From Candidatus Buchananbacteria bacterium (GTDB lineage: Bacteria > Patescibacteriota > Patescibacteriia > CAIXNZ01): DNA of 35,444 bases. Position 1 is the first letter of the stretch. Each line of letters opens with the position of its first letter. The DNA is taken from contig JAUVKC010000001.1 of the NCBI GenBank assembly GCA_030592165.1, positions 1-35,444 of the forward strand, in the 5' to 3' direction. Positions 27,579-35,311 of this stretch are shown piece by piece. The translations under genes and the position numbers were made by a program. The notes below the pieces were generated by a model, which worked only from the letters and a program-made list of their open reading frames with translations, was not told where the DNA came from and did no database searches.

Positions 27579-28886
27579 ATGAAGAGAAAAATAAAATTAG
27601 CAATAAGAATTTTTATTTTTTTGATGATTATTAGTTTTTTATTGCCAAAAATTATTAGCGCGGCAAGTTTAACCGTTATGAGCGATAGGATGACACGGCA
27701 TGCACCTTTGACAGTTTCAGATCATGAAATAAAGTTTACTACTCCCAGTGGCGTAGGTGATTCTGGCCAATATATAAGAATATTGTTTGATTCTGGTTTT
27801 GATTTATCAAATATTGATTATACAGATATTGATTTAATGCATGGAGCTATCACAGGAGTTGAGTCTGATGAAACTTTAGATTCAATCGCAGATATTACTT
27901 CATGGGGAGTAAATATTGGTGTGAATAATATTGATTTTTCTCATCCAACAAATAATTTGAATGGTGATATATTACCTGGTGATAAAATTGTTATAAGAAT
28001 AGGCTTTAGTGCAAACGGAGGTGACCAGCAAATAATAAATCCCGCGATAATAGGTTCAAAAATAATTACCTTAACTGGAAATTATGGTGACTCTGGGAAG
28101 TTAGCAGTGGCTATTTTTCAAGATCAAGTCGGGGTTGGTGGTGAAACATCAGGGCTGGCTCCTGTGGCAGTAGTTTTAGATCCACCTTTTAATATCTTGA
28201 CCAATCAAATGGACTTAAGCTGGTCGCAAAATTTAAATAGTGATTTTGCTAATTATCAGGTTTATTACTCAACATCTCCTGGCTTAACTGATTTAACAGG
28301 AACATTGTTTTCTACAATCACTAATCAAACAACTCTTTCTTTGACTGTGACGGGATTAAATCCAAATACAATATATTATTATAAAGTTTATGTTTTTGAT
28401 ACTGAAGGTTTGAAAGTACCTTCAAATGAGGTCAGTGCGAAAACAAATTCTTCAGGATCTGGTTTGCCTCCCCAGCCACCTGTACCAACAGTTAGTAATG
28501 TAACTTGCCCGGTTTTTAAAACACCTGAATTTATTGAGGGTACTAGATCTCCTGGAACCTCAGTTTTTGTAAATTATTCAAATTCAAATGTCACTTATCC
28601 TGGTGTAAGTTCTTGGGAAGCCTTAGTTAATTTTGTTATGGGTAGTAATGTTGTAAATGTTTTTGTTCAAGATGGCTTAGGTCAGACAAGTAATACTTTG
28701 TCAGTAAATATTTTCCGTTGGGAAATAGGGGATACAAATGGCAGTGATATAATTGATGATTTTGACTTGGCTGGGATTGCTTGGCATTGGCAAGGTGATT
28801 GGTGCCAAGGAGATTTTAATAAAGATGATTTTATTGATGATTTTGATCTAGCTGGTTTAGCTGCTCATTGGGATAATGTTTATTGA
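27579..28886 (+). CDS. Secreted protein with an FN3 domain and a C-terminal dockerin-like module
   Basis: Signal peptide 'IISA-AS'. FN3-like 'LSWSQNLNSDFANYQVYYSTSPG...YYYKVYVFD'. Duplicated calcium-loop segments 'GDTNGSDIIDDFDLAGIAWHW' and 'GDFNKDDFIDDFDLAGLAAHW' (28728-28883). Confidence 0.8.
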   Translation: MKRKIKLAIRIFIFLMIISFLLPKIISAASLTVMSDRMTRHAPLTVSDHEIKFTTPSGVGDSGQYIRILFDSGFDLSNIDYTDIDLMHGAITGVESDETLDSIADITSWGVNIGVNNIDFSHPTNNLNGDILPGDKIVIRIGFSANGGDQQIINPAIIGSKIITLTGNYGDSGKLAVAIFQDQVGVGGETSGLAPVAVVLDPPFNILTNQMDLSWSQNLNSDFANYQVYYSTSPGLTDLTGTLFSTITNQTTLSLTVTGLNPNTIYYYKVYVFDTEGLKVPSNEVSAKTNSSGSGLPPQPPVPTVSNVTCPVFKTPEFIEGTRSPGTSVFVNYSNSNVTYPGVSSWEALVNFVMGSNVVNVFVQDGLGQTSNTLSVNIFRWEIGDTNGSDIIDDFDLAGIAWHWQGDWCQGDFNKDDFIDDFDLAGLAAHWDNVY

Positions 28887-28888
28887 TG

Positions 28889-29037
28889 AGAATTTAGAAT
28901 TAAGAGTTTAAGAATTAAGAGTTTTAGAATATAGAATATAGAATTTAGATTTAAGTGTTTAAGAATTTAGAATTTAGAATATAGATTTAAGTGTTTAAGA
29001 ATATAGAATTTAGAATTAAGAATAAATAATTGTAGAA
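28889..29037. repeat. Degenerate tandem array of ~20 heptamer/octamer units T-W-W-A-G-A-R, with higher-order 15-nt and 36-nt repeats
   Basis: It fills the whole intergenic gap. GAATTAAGAGTTT occurs twice (28897, 28912). The 21-mer TAGATTTAAGTGTTTAAGAAT occurs exactly twice (28946, 28982), within 36-nt units that are 34/36 identical. Confidence 0.85.
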
Positions 29038-29041
29038 TAAA

Positions 29042-31843
29042 ATGCGAAGATTAGCAAAAATTAGTTTGGGTATAATTATAAGCTTTTGGATTTTTTCCAT
29101 GATGGCTAGTCTTAACCCTGCTTTAGCTGCAGGTAATGCTATTATGATTTTAACATCAGTAAGAACTGATTATTATGTTGGTGAAACAATTTACATTGAT
29201 ATAGAGGTTCAGACAAATGGAGAAAGTATTAATACAGTTCGTGCTCTAATGGATTTTACCGGCGGAGATGTTTTGCTGATTGATGATTTTGATTTGGGTA
29301 CTGCTTGGCCAAATTTAAGTCCTGGACAAAGTCTTGATAATATTTTGGATACTATAAATGTTGGAGGGTTTATCTTTGTTGATTCTGTCACCCAGGATTC
29401 TTTATTCGGAACTTTAGTTTTTACTGCTAATCAAGTTGGTTCTTCAACTATTAATTTTGCTTCAGGATCTCATTTGATTTCGCCTGATATTGTTGAAAGA
29501 TTAAATTTAGCTGGGTCACAGGGGATTACAATTAATGTTGCTGAACCAGTCATCCCAAATGTACCACCAACTGTTTTGAGTTCCAATATTGAGGTTACAA
29601 TTAATCAAGAAGGTACAACAACTGTAACTGCTTTTGATTCTGATGGTGATAATGTGACAATTACTTGGGATGCAATTAATAATTCATATTTTAGTAACCC
29701 TGTATCAGGTCAGGCTGCATCTGTAGATTTCACTTGGACACCAACTGAAATTGGTGATTTTAGTTTTCCTTTCTATGCTACTGACGACGGTCCTGATTCA
29801 TTAATTACCCAAGGTTTTGTTAATGTTAGTGTAGTAGATGAAGTTATTGTTATTGAAGAAAATTTTGCTCCTATATTTCAGCCAGAATCAAATAAATCAG
29901 TTGAAATAGGGCAAGAAATTAGTTTTCAAGTTTTAGTAACAGACCCTGATGGTGATAATGTGAATTTAACCTGGGATGTCCCAGCAGAAGCAATTATTTC
30001 CAATATAAACAATAATACAACTACGGTAACCGTAAATTTTCGTTGGATTCCAAATGAACAAGGGTCGTTTCCCGTAAATTTTTATGCTACAGATGATAAT
30101 CCTGATAATCCTAAAAATTCAATTTTAACAATAATTATAAATGTTTCTATTCCTGATCCGCTAGAAAATCAGTCACCAGTTTTTATACCTGTTGCTAATC
30201 AATTGATTGATTTGGGCGAAACCATCACCTTTAATGTCCAGGCAACAGATCCTGATGGTGATAATGTTGATTTATCCTGGAATTTACCTTCAGGATCAAG
30301 TTTTACGAATGTTACTAGTGGAATTAGTGCCAATGGTACTTTTAGCTGGTTACCGTCTCAAGAAGGCGTTTATACCTTAATTTTTAGTGCAACTGATGAT
30401 AATATTGATAATCCATTAACAACTGATTTAGTGGTTAGCTTAGGAGTTTCTGTGCCTCCCTTGGAACCTAATGATCCACCTGAATTTGCTAATATTACAG
30501 AAAAAACAATTAATGCAAACGAAGTAATAACATTTGAAGTGTCAGCTACAGATCCTGATGGTGATAATGTTAGTTTAACAATGGAGAGTTTCCCGGGAGC
30601 AAATTTTTCTGTTTTAACTGAGGGCAATACATCGGTCAGTAATTTTAGTTGGAAGCCACAAAATTTTGGTATTTATTATGTAGTTTTCAATGCCACAGAT
30701 GATCGTGCTGATAATAACCTAACTAAGAGTAGAAGTGTTAGAATTACTGTTTTTGGCGGTGAATGTCCTCCTTGTGGAGGTGGTGCTTGCGTAGAATTAG
30801 TTTTAACATGTGATGAGGTTGCTGAAATACCAATAACTGAAGTTATTCCAGATAAAACCTTACCAATAATTACCTCACCATCGCATCCACATGAGGCTTT
30901 TTGGTATGCTAATGCTAAGCCGCAATTTGTTTGGGATATTGATGATGTTGGTATTCTTGGTTATAATTTTAATCTCGATGAGATCCCATATCATGAACCA
31001 ACAAAAGTTTATTCATATAGTCAGAGTAAATTTTTTGCATTTTCTGAAGTAAATGATGGGTTTTGGTATTTTCATTTAAAAACAAGATATGAAGATGGTT
31101 GGGGACCAACAGCTCACTATCAAGTAAAGATTGACACAACACCACCAGATTTTTTCAGACCATCACTTGAAGAAAATGAATTGTATTTTTCAGCTGTAGA
31201 TAAACATTCAGGTGTGGCTTATTATGATATAAAAATTGATCAAGGCTATTGGCAAAGAGCAACTAGTCCGTTGAATTTGAATGAATTTCATGGACAAGGA
31301 GATCGTCTGATTTTAAGAGCAGTTGACAATGTAGGTAATGCAATCGAAAGCAATGTAGATTTAATTAAAAATGAAGTTTTAGAAGAAGAGGTACAAAAAA
31401 TATATATTTTAGAAGATTTTAGCAGAATAATTGAGCCACCATTTATTGAAAAAATTAGTTATAAACAAATACGAGATAAATTATTTAAGCACGATTATTT
31501 AATTGTTTCTGGTATTTCAGAGCCAAATGCCCAAGTTACTATATATTTATCAACTGAACCTGAGTCAATATTTTCTACTAAAGCAGATAAAAGCGGTATT
31601 TGGGAAGCAAAATATGAAATAGAACTAAAAAACCAAGAATATAGCATATATTCAATTGCTACAATTAATAATATTAATTCTTTACCTTCAGAAAAGATAT
31701 ATTTCACTTTCCAAAAAATTAAAGGCATCTCATGGTATTATTACTGGTTTATCATTTTAATTTGGTTAATAATTTTGTTGCTTTTATGGAAATTAAAAGT
31801 ATATATTCATGAATATTTGAAAAAAAAATTCGATAATAATTAA
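29042..31843 (+). CDS. Membrane-anchored scaffold-like surface protein: cohesin-like N-terminal domain, 4 He_PIG/cadherin-like repeats, Cys knot, C-terminal TM anchor
   Basis: Signal peptide. Cohesin-like beta-sandwich at ~29130-29540 ('VGETIYIDIEVQTNGESINTVRALMDF...LFGTLVFTANQVGSSTINF'). Four ~100-aa repeats each carry '[AV]TDPDGDNV.L.W' and 'F.W.P...G.....F.ATDD'. Also 'GGECPPCGGGAC' and a C-terminal TM 'WYYYWFIILIWLIILLLLW' followed by a basic tail. Confidence 0.8.
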   Translation: MRRLAKISLGIIISFWIFSMMASLNPALAAGNAIMILTSVRTDYYVGETIYIDIEVQTNGESINTVRALMDFTGGDVLLIDDFDLGTAWPNLSPGQSLDNILDTINVGGFIFVDSVTQDSLFGTLVFTANQVGSSTINFASGSHLISPDIVERLNLAGSQGITINVAEPVIPNVPPTVLSSNIEVTINQEGTTTVTAFDSDGDNVTITWDAINNSYFSNPVSGQAASVDFTWTPTEIGDFSFPFYATDDGPDSLITQGFVNVSVVDEVIVIEENFAPIFQPESNKSVEIGQEISFQVLVTDPDGDNVNLTWDVPAEAIISNINNNTTTVTVNFRWIPNEQGSFPVNFYATDDNPDNPKNSILTIIINVSIPDPLENQSPVFIPVANQLIDLGETITFNVQATDPDGDNVDLSWNLPSGSSFTNVTSGISANGTFSWLPSQEGVYTLIFSATDDNIDNPLTTDLVVSLGVSVPPLEPNDPPEFANITEKTINANEVITFEVSATDPDGDNVSLTMESFPGANFSVLTEGNTSVSNFSWKPQNFGIYYVVFNATDDRADNNLTKSRSVRITVFGGECPPCGGGACVELVLTCDEVAEIPITEVIPDKTLPIITSPSHPHEAFWYANAKPQFVWDIDDVGILGYNFNLDEIPYHEPTKVYSYSQSKFFAFSEVNDGFWYFHLKTRYEDGWGPTAHYQVKIDTTPPDFFRPSLEENELYFSAVDKHSGVAYYDIKIDQGYWQRATSPLNLNEFHGQGDRLILRAVDNVGNAIESNVDLIKNEVLEEEVQKIYILEDFSRIIEPPFIEKISYKQIRDKLFKHDYLIVSGISEPNAQVTIYLSTEPESIFSTKADKSGIWEAKYEIELKNQEYSIYSIATINNINSLPSEKIYFTFQKIKGISWYYYWFIILIWLIILLLLWKLKVYIHEYLKKKFDNN
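29555..30790 (+). repeat. Four in-frame tandem ~300-nt (100-aa) Ig/cadherin-like repeats inside the scaffold gene
   Basis: The DNA word 'gatcctgatggtgataatgt', or a near-identical variant, recurs at ~29640, 29943, 30249 and 30552. Confidence 0.75.
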
Positions 31844-31847
31844 TATT

Positions 31848-32573
31848 ATGATAAGAAGTTATAAAAAATATTTTAGCAAAATAGTAATATTTATTGCAAT
31901 ATTGATTATTTTGGTTTTAGTTCAACAGGTTAACGCAACTATGTCCAGCAATAATTATAATATTTGGATTGATACTTTTAGTGGTGGAGGAGGGGACTTG
32001 TCATCGTCGAATTATCAAATTGATTCAAGTATTTCCTTTGAACAGGGTGCAACATCTGCCAGTGCAAATTTTTCTGAAATAGCAGCATTTAGCGCTATTG
32101 ATGATGAGCCTACTGTTGGTTTTAGTATTCAGTCAGTAACCCTTAATTTTGGTGAATTATCTCCAAGTGGGACTGCTTATGATACTCATACGTTTTCAGC
32201 TTATACAAACGCTCAGGAAGGCTATACAATCAAAGTCTATGGAGATCCCTTGAATAATGTTAACCATACATTAGCAGGAATAGGTTCAACATCAGCTCAA
32301 TCACAGTCTGGCGCAGAGCAATTTGGCATTAATTTAGTGGCTAATACAGTCCCCATATCTGGAGCTAATCCGTCAGGAGGTATTGGTCAATCATCTGCAA
32401 ATTATGATACAAGTAATTATTTTGCTTATGCCTCTGGTGATATTATTGCTCAGGCTGCTAGCTATTCATATCAAACAGATTTTACAACAACAGTTATTGT
32501 AAATATTTCTGAAGAAACTCCTGCTGGTGCATATACTACAGTTTTAACTTATGAATTTATACCGGTTTTTTAA
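31848..32573 (+). CDS. Secreted small WxL-like-module protein (CscB-like, divergent, no Cys)
   Basis: Signal peptide 'VQQVNA-T' and duplicated 'SSNNY.I'/'SSSNYQI' motifs. The C-terminal module 'LNFGELS...TNAQEGYTIKVYGD...AEQFGINL...TPAGAYTTVLTYEFIPVF' aligns with the modules at 27030-27540 and 33283-33798. Confidence 0.7.
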   Translation: MIRSYKKYFSKIVIFIAILIILVLVQQVNATMSSNNYNIWIDTFSGGGGDLSSSNYQIDSSISFEQGATSASANFSEIAAFSAIDDEPTVGFSIQSVTLNFGELSPSGTAYDTHTFSAYTNAQEGYTIKVYGDPLNNVNHTLAGIGSTSAQSQSGAEQFGINLVANTVPISGANPSGGIGQSSANYDTSNYFAYASGDIIAQAASYSYQTDFTTTVIVNISEETPAGAYTTVLTYEFIPVF

Positions 32574-32732
32574 TTTATTGAAAGTTGTCCACATAGCAGA
32601 TGGAGAAAAATTTATCATTTTCTGCTATACTTATGTCATGATAACTCTTACTTATTTAAGATGTGGAAAACTTTTTAGATTACAAAATATAATGAAAATA
32701 AAAAGTAATAAATATTAATAATTTACATATAG

Positions 32733-32760
32733 CCAAATTAAAAATTTGGTTGTTTATAAT
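32733..32760 (+). promoter_or_regulatory. Perfect palindrome CCAAATT-AAA-AATTTGG next to a consensus TATAAT
   Basis: The palindrome is at 32733-32749 and TATAAT at 32755-32760, 31 nt upstream of the ATG of the putative major subunit gene. No good -35 is present, so the palindrome sits where an activator or repressor would bind. Confidence 0.35.
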
Positions 32761-32790
32761 GTTTTAAAATTAATAAATAACTAATAATTT

Positions 32791-33798
32791 ATGAAAAGTA
32801 GATTTAAGTTAATTTCTTTTTTGGGGATATTTTTGATCCTAGCAATGATTGTTTCATTAGTATCACCAATATTAAATGTTGCTGAGGCGGCTCAAATGAC
32901 AAGTGTTACTTGGGTTTCAAATGATTACATCACAGCTTCTACAACTGCTACCTGGACAATTACTTTCACAGCAACTACTTTGACTGATGGAGATAGAATT
33001 GTTTTAACATTTGCCGAAGAAGATAGTTCAGCTGTTACTACCACTGCAGGAAATATTTCTGCTCAGGGTGATATTGCTTTTACTACAGTTGGAACAATAA
33101 CAACCTCAGGTGGAGTAGTTACTATTCCAATTACTACTGTAGGAGCTGCAGTAGCACCTTATGTAGTAACTATAACAGGGAACACAAACAGAGCTAGTGC
33201 TGGATCTCAAGCGTTATCTTTAGTAACAGATGATGGTTCAACAGACATTGATACAGGGGCAGCTGCTATGTATGCAATAGGTGATAATACAGTGGATATT
33301 ACAGGAACAGTTGATCCAACATTGAGTTTGGTATTAAGTGCTACTTCATGTGATTTAGGTGTTTTAACTTCATCTACAATTGAAACTTGTAGTTATAGTA
33401 CGACTGTAACAACAAACGCTACAAGTGGTTATACTGGTTATTTACAATCAGATGCCGGTTTAGTAAGTGGTTCAAATGAAATAAACGCTGTGGCTGATGC
33501 TGCGGTAACTGCTGCTGCGGAAGAATATGGTGTGGGAACTGATACTACTGATACTGTTGGTGCTACCTTTATTGATTACGCAGCTACTGATACATGTGCA
33601 AACTTAGATGCTGGTACTACAGCGGTTCCAACTGGCGGTCTTAATAATTCAGCTCAGTCATATGTTACTGCCTCTGCTCCTGTAGATGGAAGTTCAACCG
33701 GAGTAACTACCCTATGTCATGCAGCTGCTATTACTGGAACAACTCCAGCCGGTTCATACACTCAAACAGTGACAGTCACTGTAGTGGGTAATTTCTAA
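32791..33798 (+). CDS. Putative major surface/fibre subunit: T/A/G/V-rich secreted protein with C-terminal WxL-like 4-Cys module (CscB-like)
   Basis: Signal peptide 'NVAEA-AQ'. The mature part is almost free of Lys/Arg and rich in T, A, G, V and S. The C-terminal module has Cys at 'TSCDLG', 'ETCSY', 'DTCANL' and 'TLCHAAA', ending in 'TPAGSYTQTVTVTVVGNF'. A 217-nt upstream region gives it its own promoter. Confidence 0.8.
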   Translation: MKSRFKLISFLGIFLILAMIVSLVSPILNVAEAAQMTSVTWVSNDYITASTTATWTITFTATTLTDGDRIVLTFAEEDSSAVTTTAGNISAQGDIAFTTVGTITTSGGVVTIPITTVGAAVAPYVVTITGNTNRASAGSQALSLVTDDGSTDIDTGAAAMYAIGDNTVDITGTVDPTLSLVLSATSCDLGVLTSSTIETCSYSTTVTTNATSGYTGYLQSDAGLVSGSNEINAVADAAVTAAAEEYGVGTDTTDTVGATFIDYAATDTCANLDAGTTAVPTGGLNNSAQSYVTASAPVDGSSTGVTTLCHAAAITGTTPAGSYTQTVTVTVVGNF

Positions 33799-33839
33799 AA
33801 TAAATTATTAAATAATTAAAAATTAAAAAAGGGGAAAAT

Positions 33840-34829
33840 ATGAAAACAAAAATATTTGGATTTATGGTAGCTATCCTACTTGGTGTACTATTACTGCCAT
33901 TAGCAGGTAATGCTATCACAGTATCACCACCGATAATTGAGATTGAAGCTGTTCGGGGTGATGTTATTAGTCAAATTTTAAAAGTTAGAAACGAAAATAC
34001 TTCAGCTGTAACTTATTATCTTAGTGCTGAAAGATTTATCGCTGGTGGTGAAGAAGGACAGCCTCAGTTTATTGGAGAAGATATCGGGCTTTCAACTTGG
34101 CTGAATTTCCCAGTTGATAGTGTGACAATTCCTGGTGGTGAAACAGTAGAAATACCATTTACAATTGCTATCCCAAATTTTGCTGGTCCTGGAGGACATT
34201 ATGCTGCTATTTTTTTAAGCACCTTACCTCCTGATAGTGTTGCAGGCGGATCACAGGTTTCTATAGCTCAAAAGATTGGAACATTAGTATTAGTAAGAAT
34301 TGCTGGTGATATTAAAGAAGGATCATCAGTTGCTGAATTTGAAGCAGTAGCTGATACATTTGATTCTTTACCAGTTGATTTTAATCTTAGAATTGAAAAC
34401 ACAGGTAATGTTCATGTGAAACCAATGGGTACAATTTTATTAAAGAATATGTTTGGTTCTGTTGCTGGTCAGGTTGCAGTTAATGAAACAGGTGGTAATG
34501 TTTTACCAGACCAAATTCGTAAATTTACACCTTCATGGGTAAAAAATCCAAATGCTGTTGGTGCTTCTAGTTTTTGGGGTAAATATAGAGAACAAAGGGA
34601 AAATTATGCTTTTGGTAAATATAATGCAGATTTAACATTAGCTTATGGTACTGCAGGAAAAGTTTTAACTGGTGATGCCAGTTTTTGGGTGATTCCTTGG
34701 AACATTATTATAGTTAATCTGATTATCTTAGTAATCCTAGTTGTAATTCTTTATTATCTAGTTAAGAAATATAATGCTTGGTTATTGACTAAGTATGGAA
34801 AGAAAAGCCCAAAATCAGCAAAAAAATAG
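33840..34829 (+). CDS. CscA-like (DUF916 + DUF3324-like) two-Ig-domain protein with signal peptide and C-terminal TM anchor
   Basis: SD 'AAAGGGGAAAAT-ATG'. 'AITVSPPIIEIEAVRGDVISQILKVRNENTSAVTYYLS', 'TIPGGETVEIPFTIAIP...GGHYAAIFL' and a second domain 'FNLRIENTGNVHVKPMGTILLKN...VLPDQIRKF...GKYNADLTL'. TM 'IIIVNLIILVILVVILYYLV' is followed by a K-rich tail. Confidence 0.7.
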   Translation: MKTKIFGFMVAILLGVLLLPLAGNAITVSPPIIEIEAVRGDVISQILKVRNENTSAVTYYLSAERFIAGGEEGQPQFIGEDIGLSTWLNFPVDSVTIPGGETVEIPFTIAIPNFAGPGGHYAAIFLSTLPPDSVAGGSQVSIAQKIGTLVLVRIAGDIKEGSSVAEFEAVADTFDSLPVDFNLRIENTGNVHVKPMGTILLKNMFGSVAGQVAVNETGGNVLPDQIRKFTPSWVKNPNAVGASSFWGKYREQRENYAFGKYNADLTLAYGTAGKVLTGDASFWVIPWNIIIVNLIILVILVVILYYLVKKYNAWLLTKYGKKSPKSAKK

Positions 34830-34868
34830 GATTTAATTGATTTAGATTTAGAATATATCTTAAAATAG

Positions 34869-34907
34869 TAAGAAGGGCTTCATTAAATGGGTCCTTCTTA
34901 TTATTTA
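34869..34907 (+). terminator. Stem-loop/terminator candidate after the CscA-like gene
   Basis: TAAGAAGGGC (34869-34878) pairs with GGTCCTTCTTA (34890-34900); 10 bp including one G-U pair. A T-rich 'TTATTT' follows. The loop is long (12 nt), so confidence is moderate. Confidence 0.45.
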
Positions 34908-34912
34908 AATGT

Positions 34913-35311
34913 ATGAAGAAATATTATTTTGTCATAGTTATTATATGTTTAGTCTTTACTGCTAATTTTATTTTTTTGTCGGTTGGCTTTGGTCAGCCTG
35001 GTGTTAATATTGGCGGGTATGTGCCTTTAACATCAGAAAATCATGAGTCTACTTTAAATTCTATAAATGATTCTTCTGTAAATATTCAACAAGTAAAATT
35101 TAAAGAAAATAAGTATTTGTATTATTTTGAAAAAGCTTCAGAAGAAAAATCTAAAAAAGTTTTGGTTCAGACTGATTATGATAAATTTTCAAGTTATGGG
35201 TTAATGGTTTTAGTCTTAATTATTTTTGCTATAATATTATTACTATTGCTTCATTTTAATGAGAAATTTTGGCGTAATACTAAGATTAAATCAAGTGATT
35301 TAAAAATATGA
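34913..35311 (+). CDS. Small bitopic protein (N-terminal signal/TM and C-terminal TM anchor with basic tail)
   Basis: 132 aa with hydrophobic segments at both ends ('YFVIVIICLVFTANFIFLSV' and 'LMVLVLIIFAIILLLLL'). It occupies the position of the small anchored CscD-type protein but has no LPxTG. Confidence 0.55.
   Translation: MKKYYFVIVIICLVFTANFIFLSVGFGQPGVNIGGYVPLTSENHESTLNSINDSSVNIQQVKFKENKYLYYFEKASEEKSKKVLVQTDYDKFSSYGLMVLVLIIFAIILLLLLHFNEKFWRNTKIKSSDLKI

Noticed and set aside
28889-29037. Possible CRISPR array or minisatellite
   Set aside because: The units are 7-8 nt, with 15-nt and 36-nt higher-order repeats. There are no unique spacers of 25-40 nt, no longer palindromic repeats and no cas genes. 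I report it as a degenerate tandem repeat.
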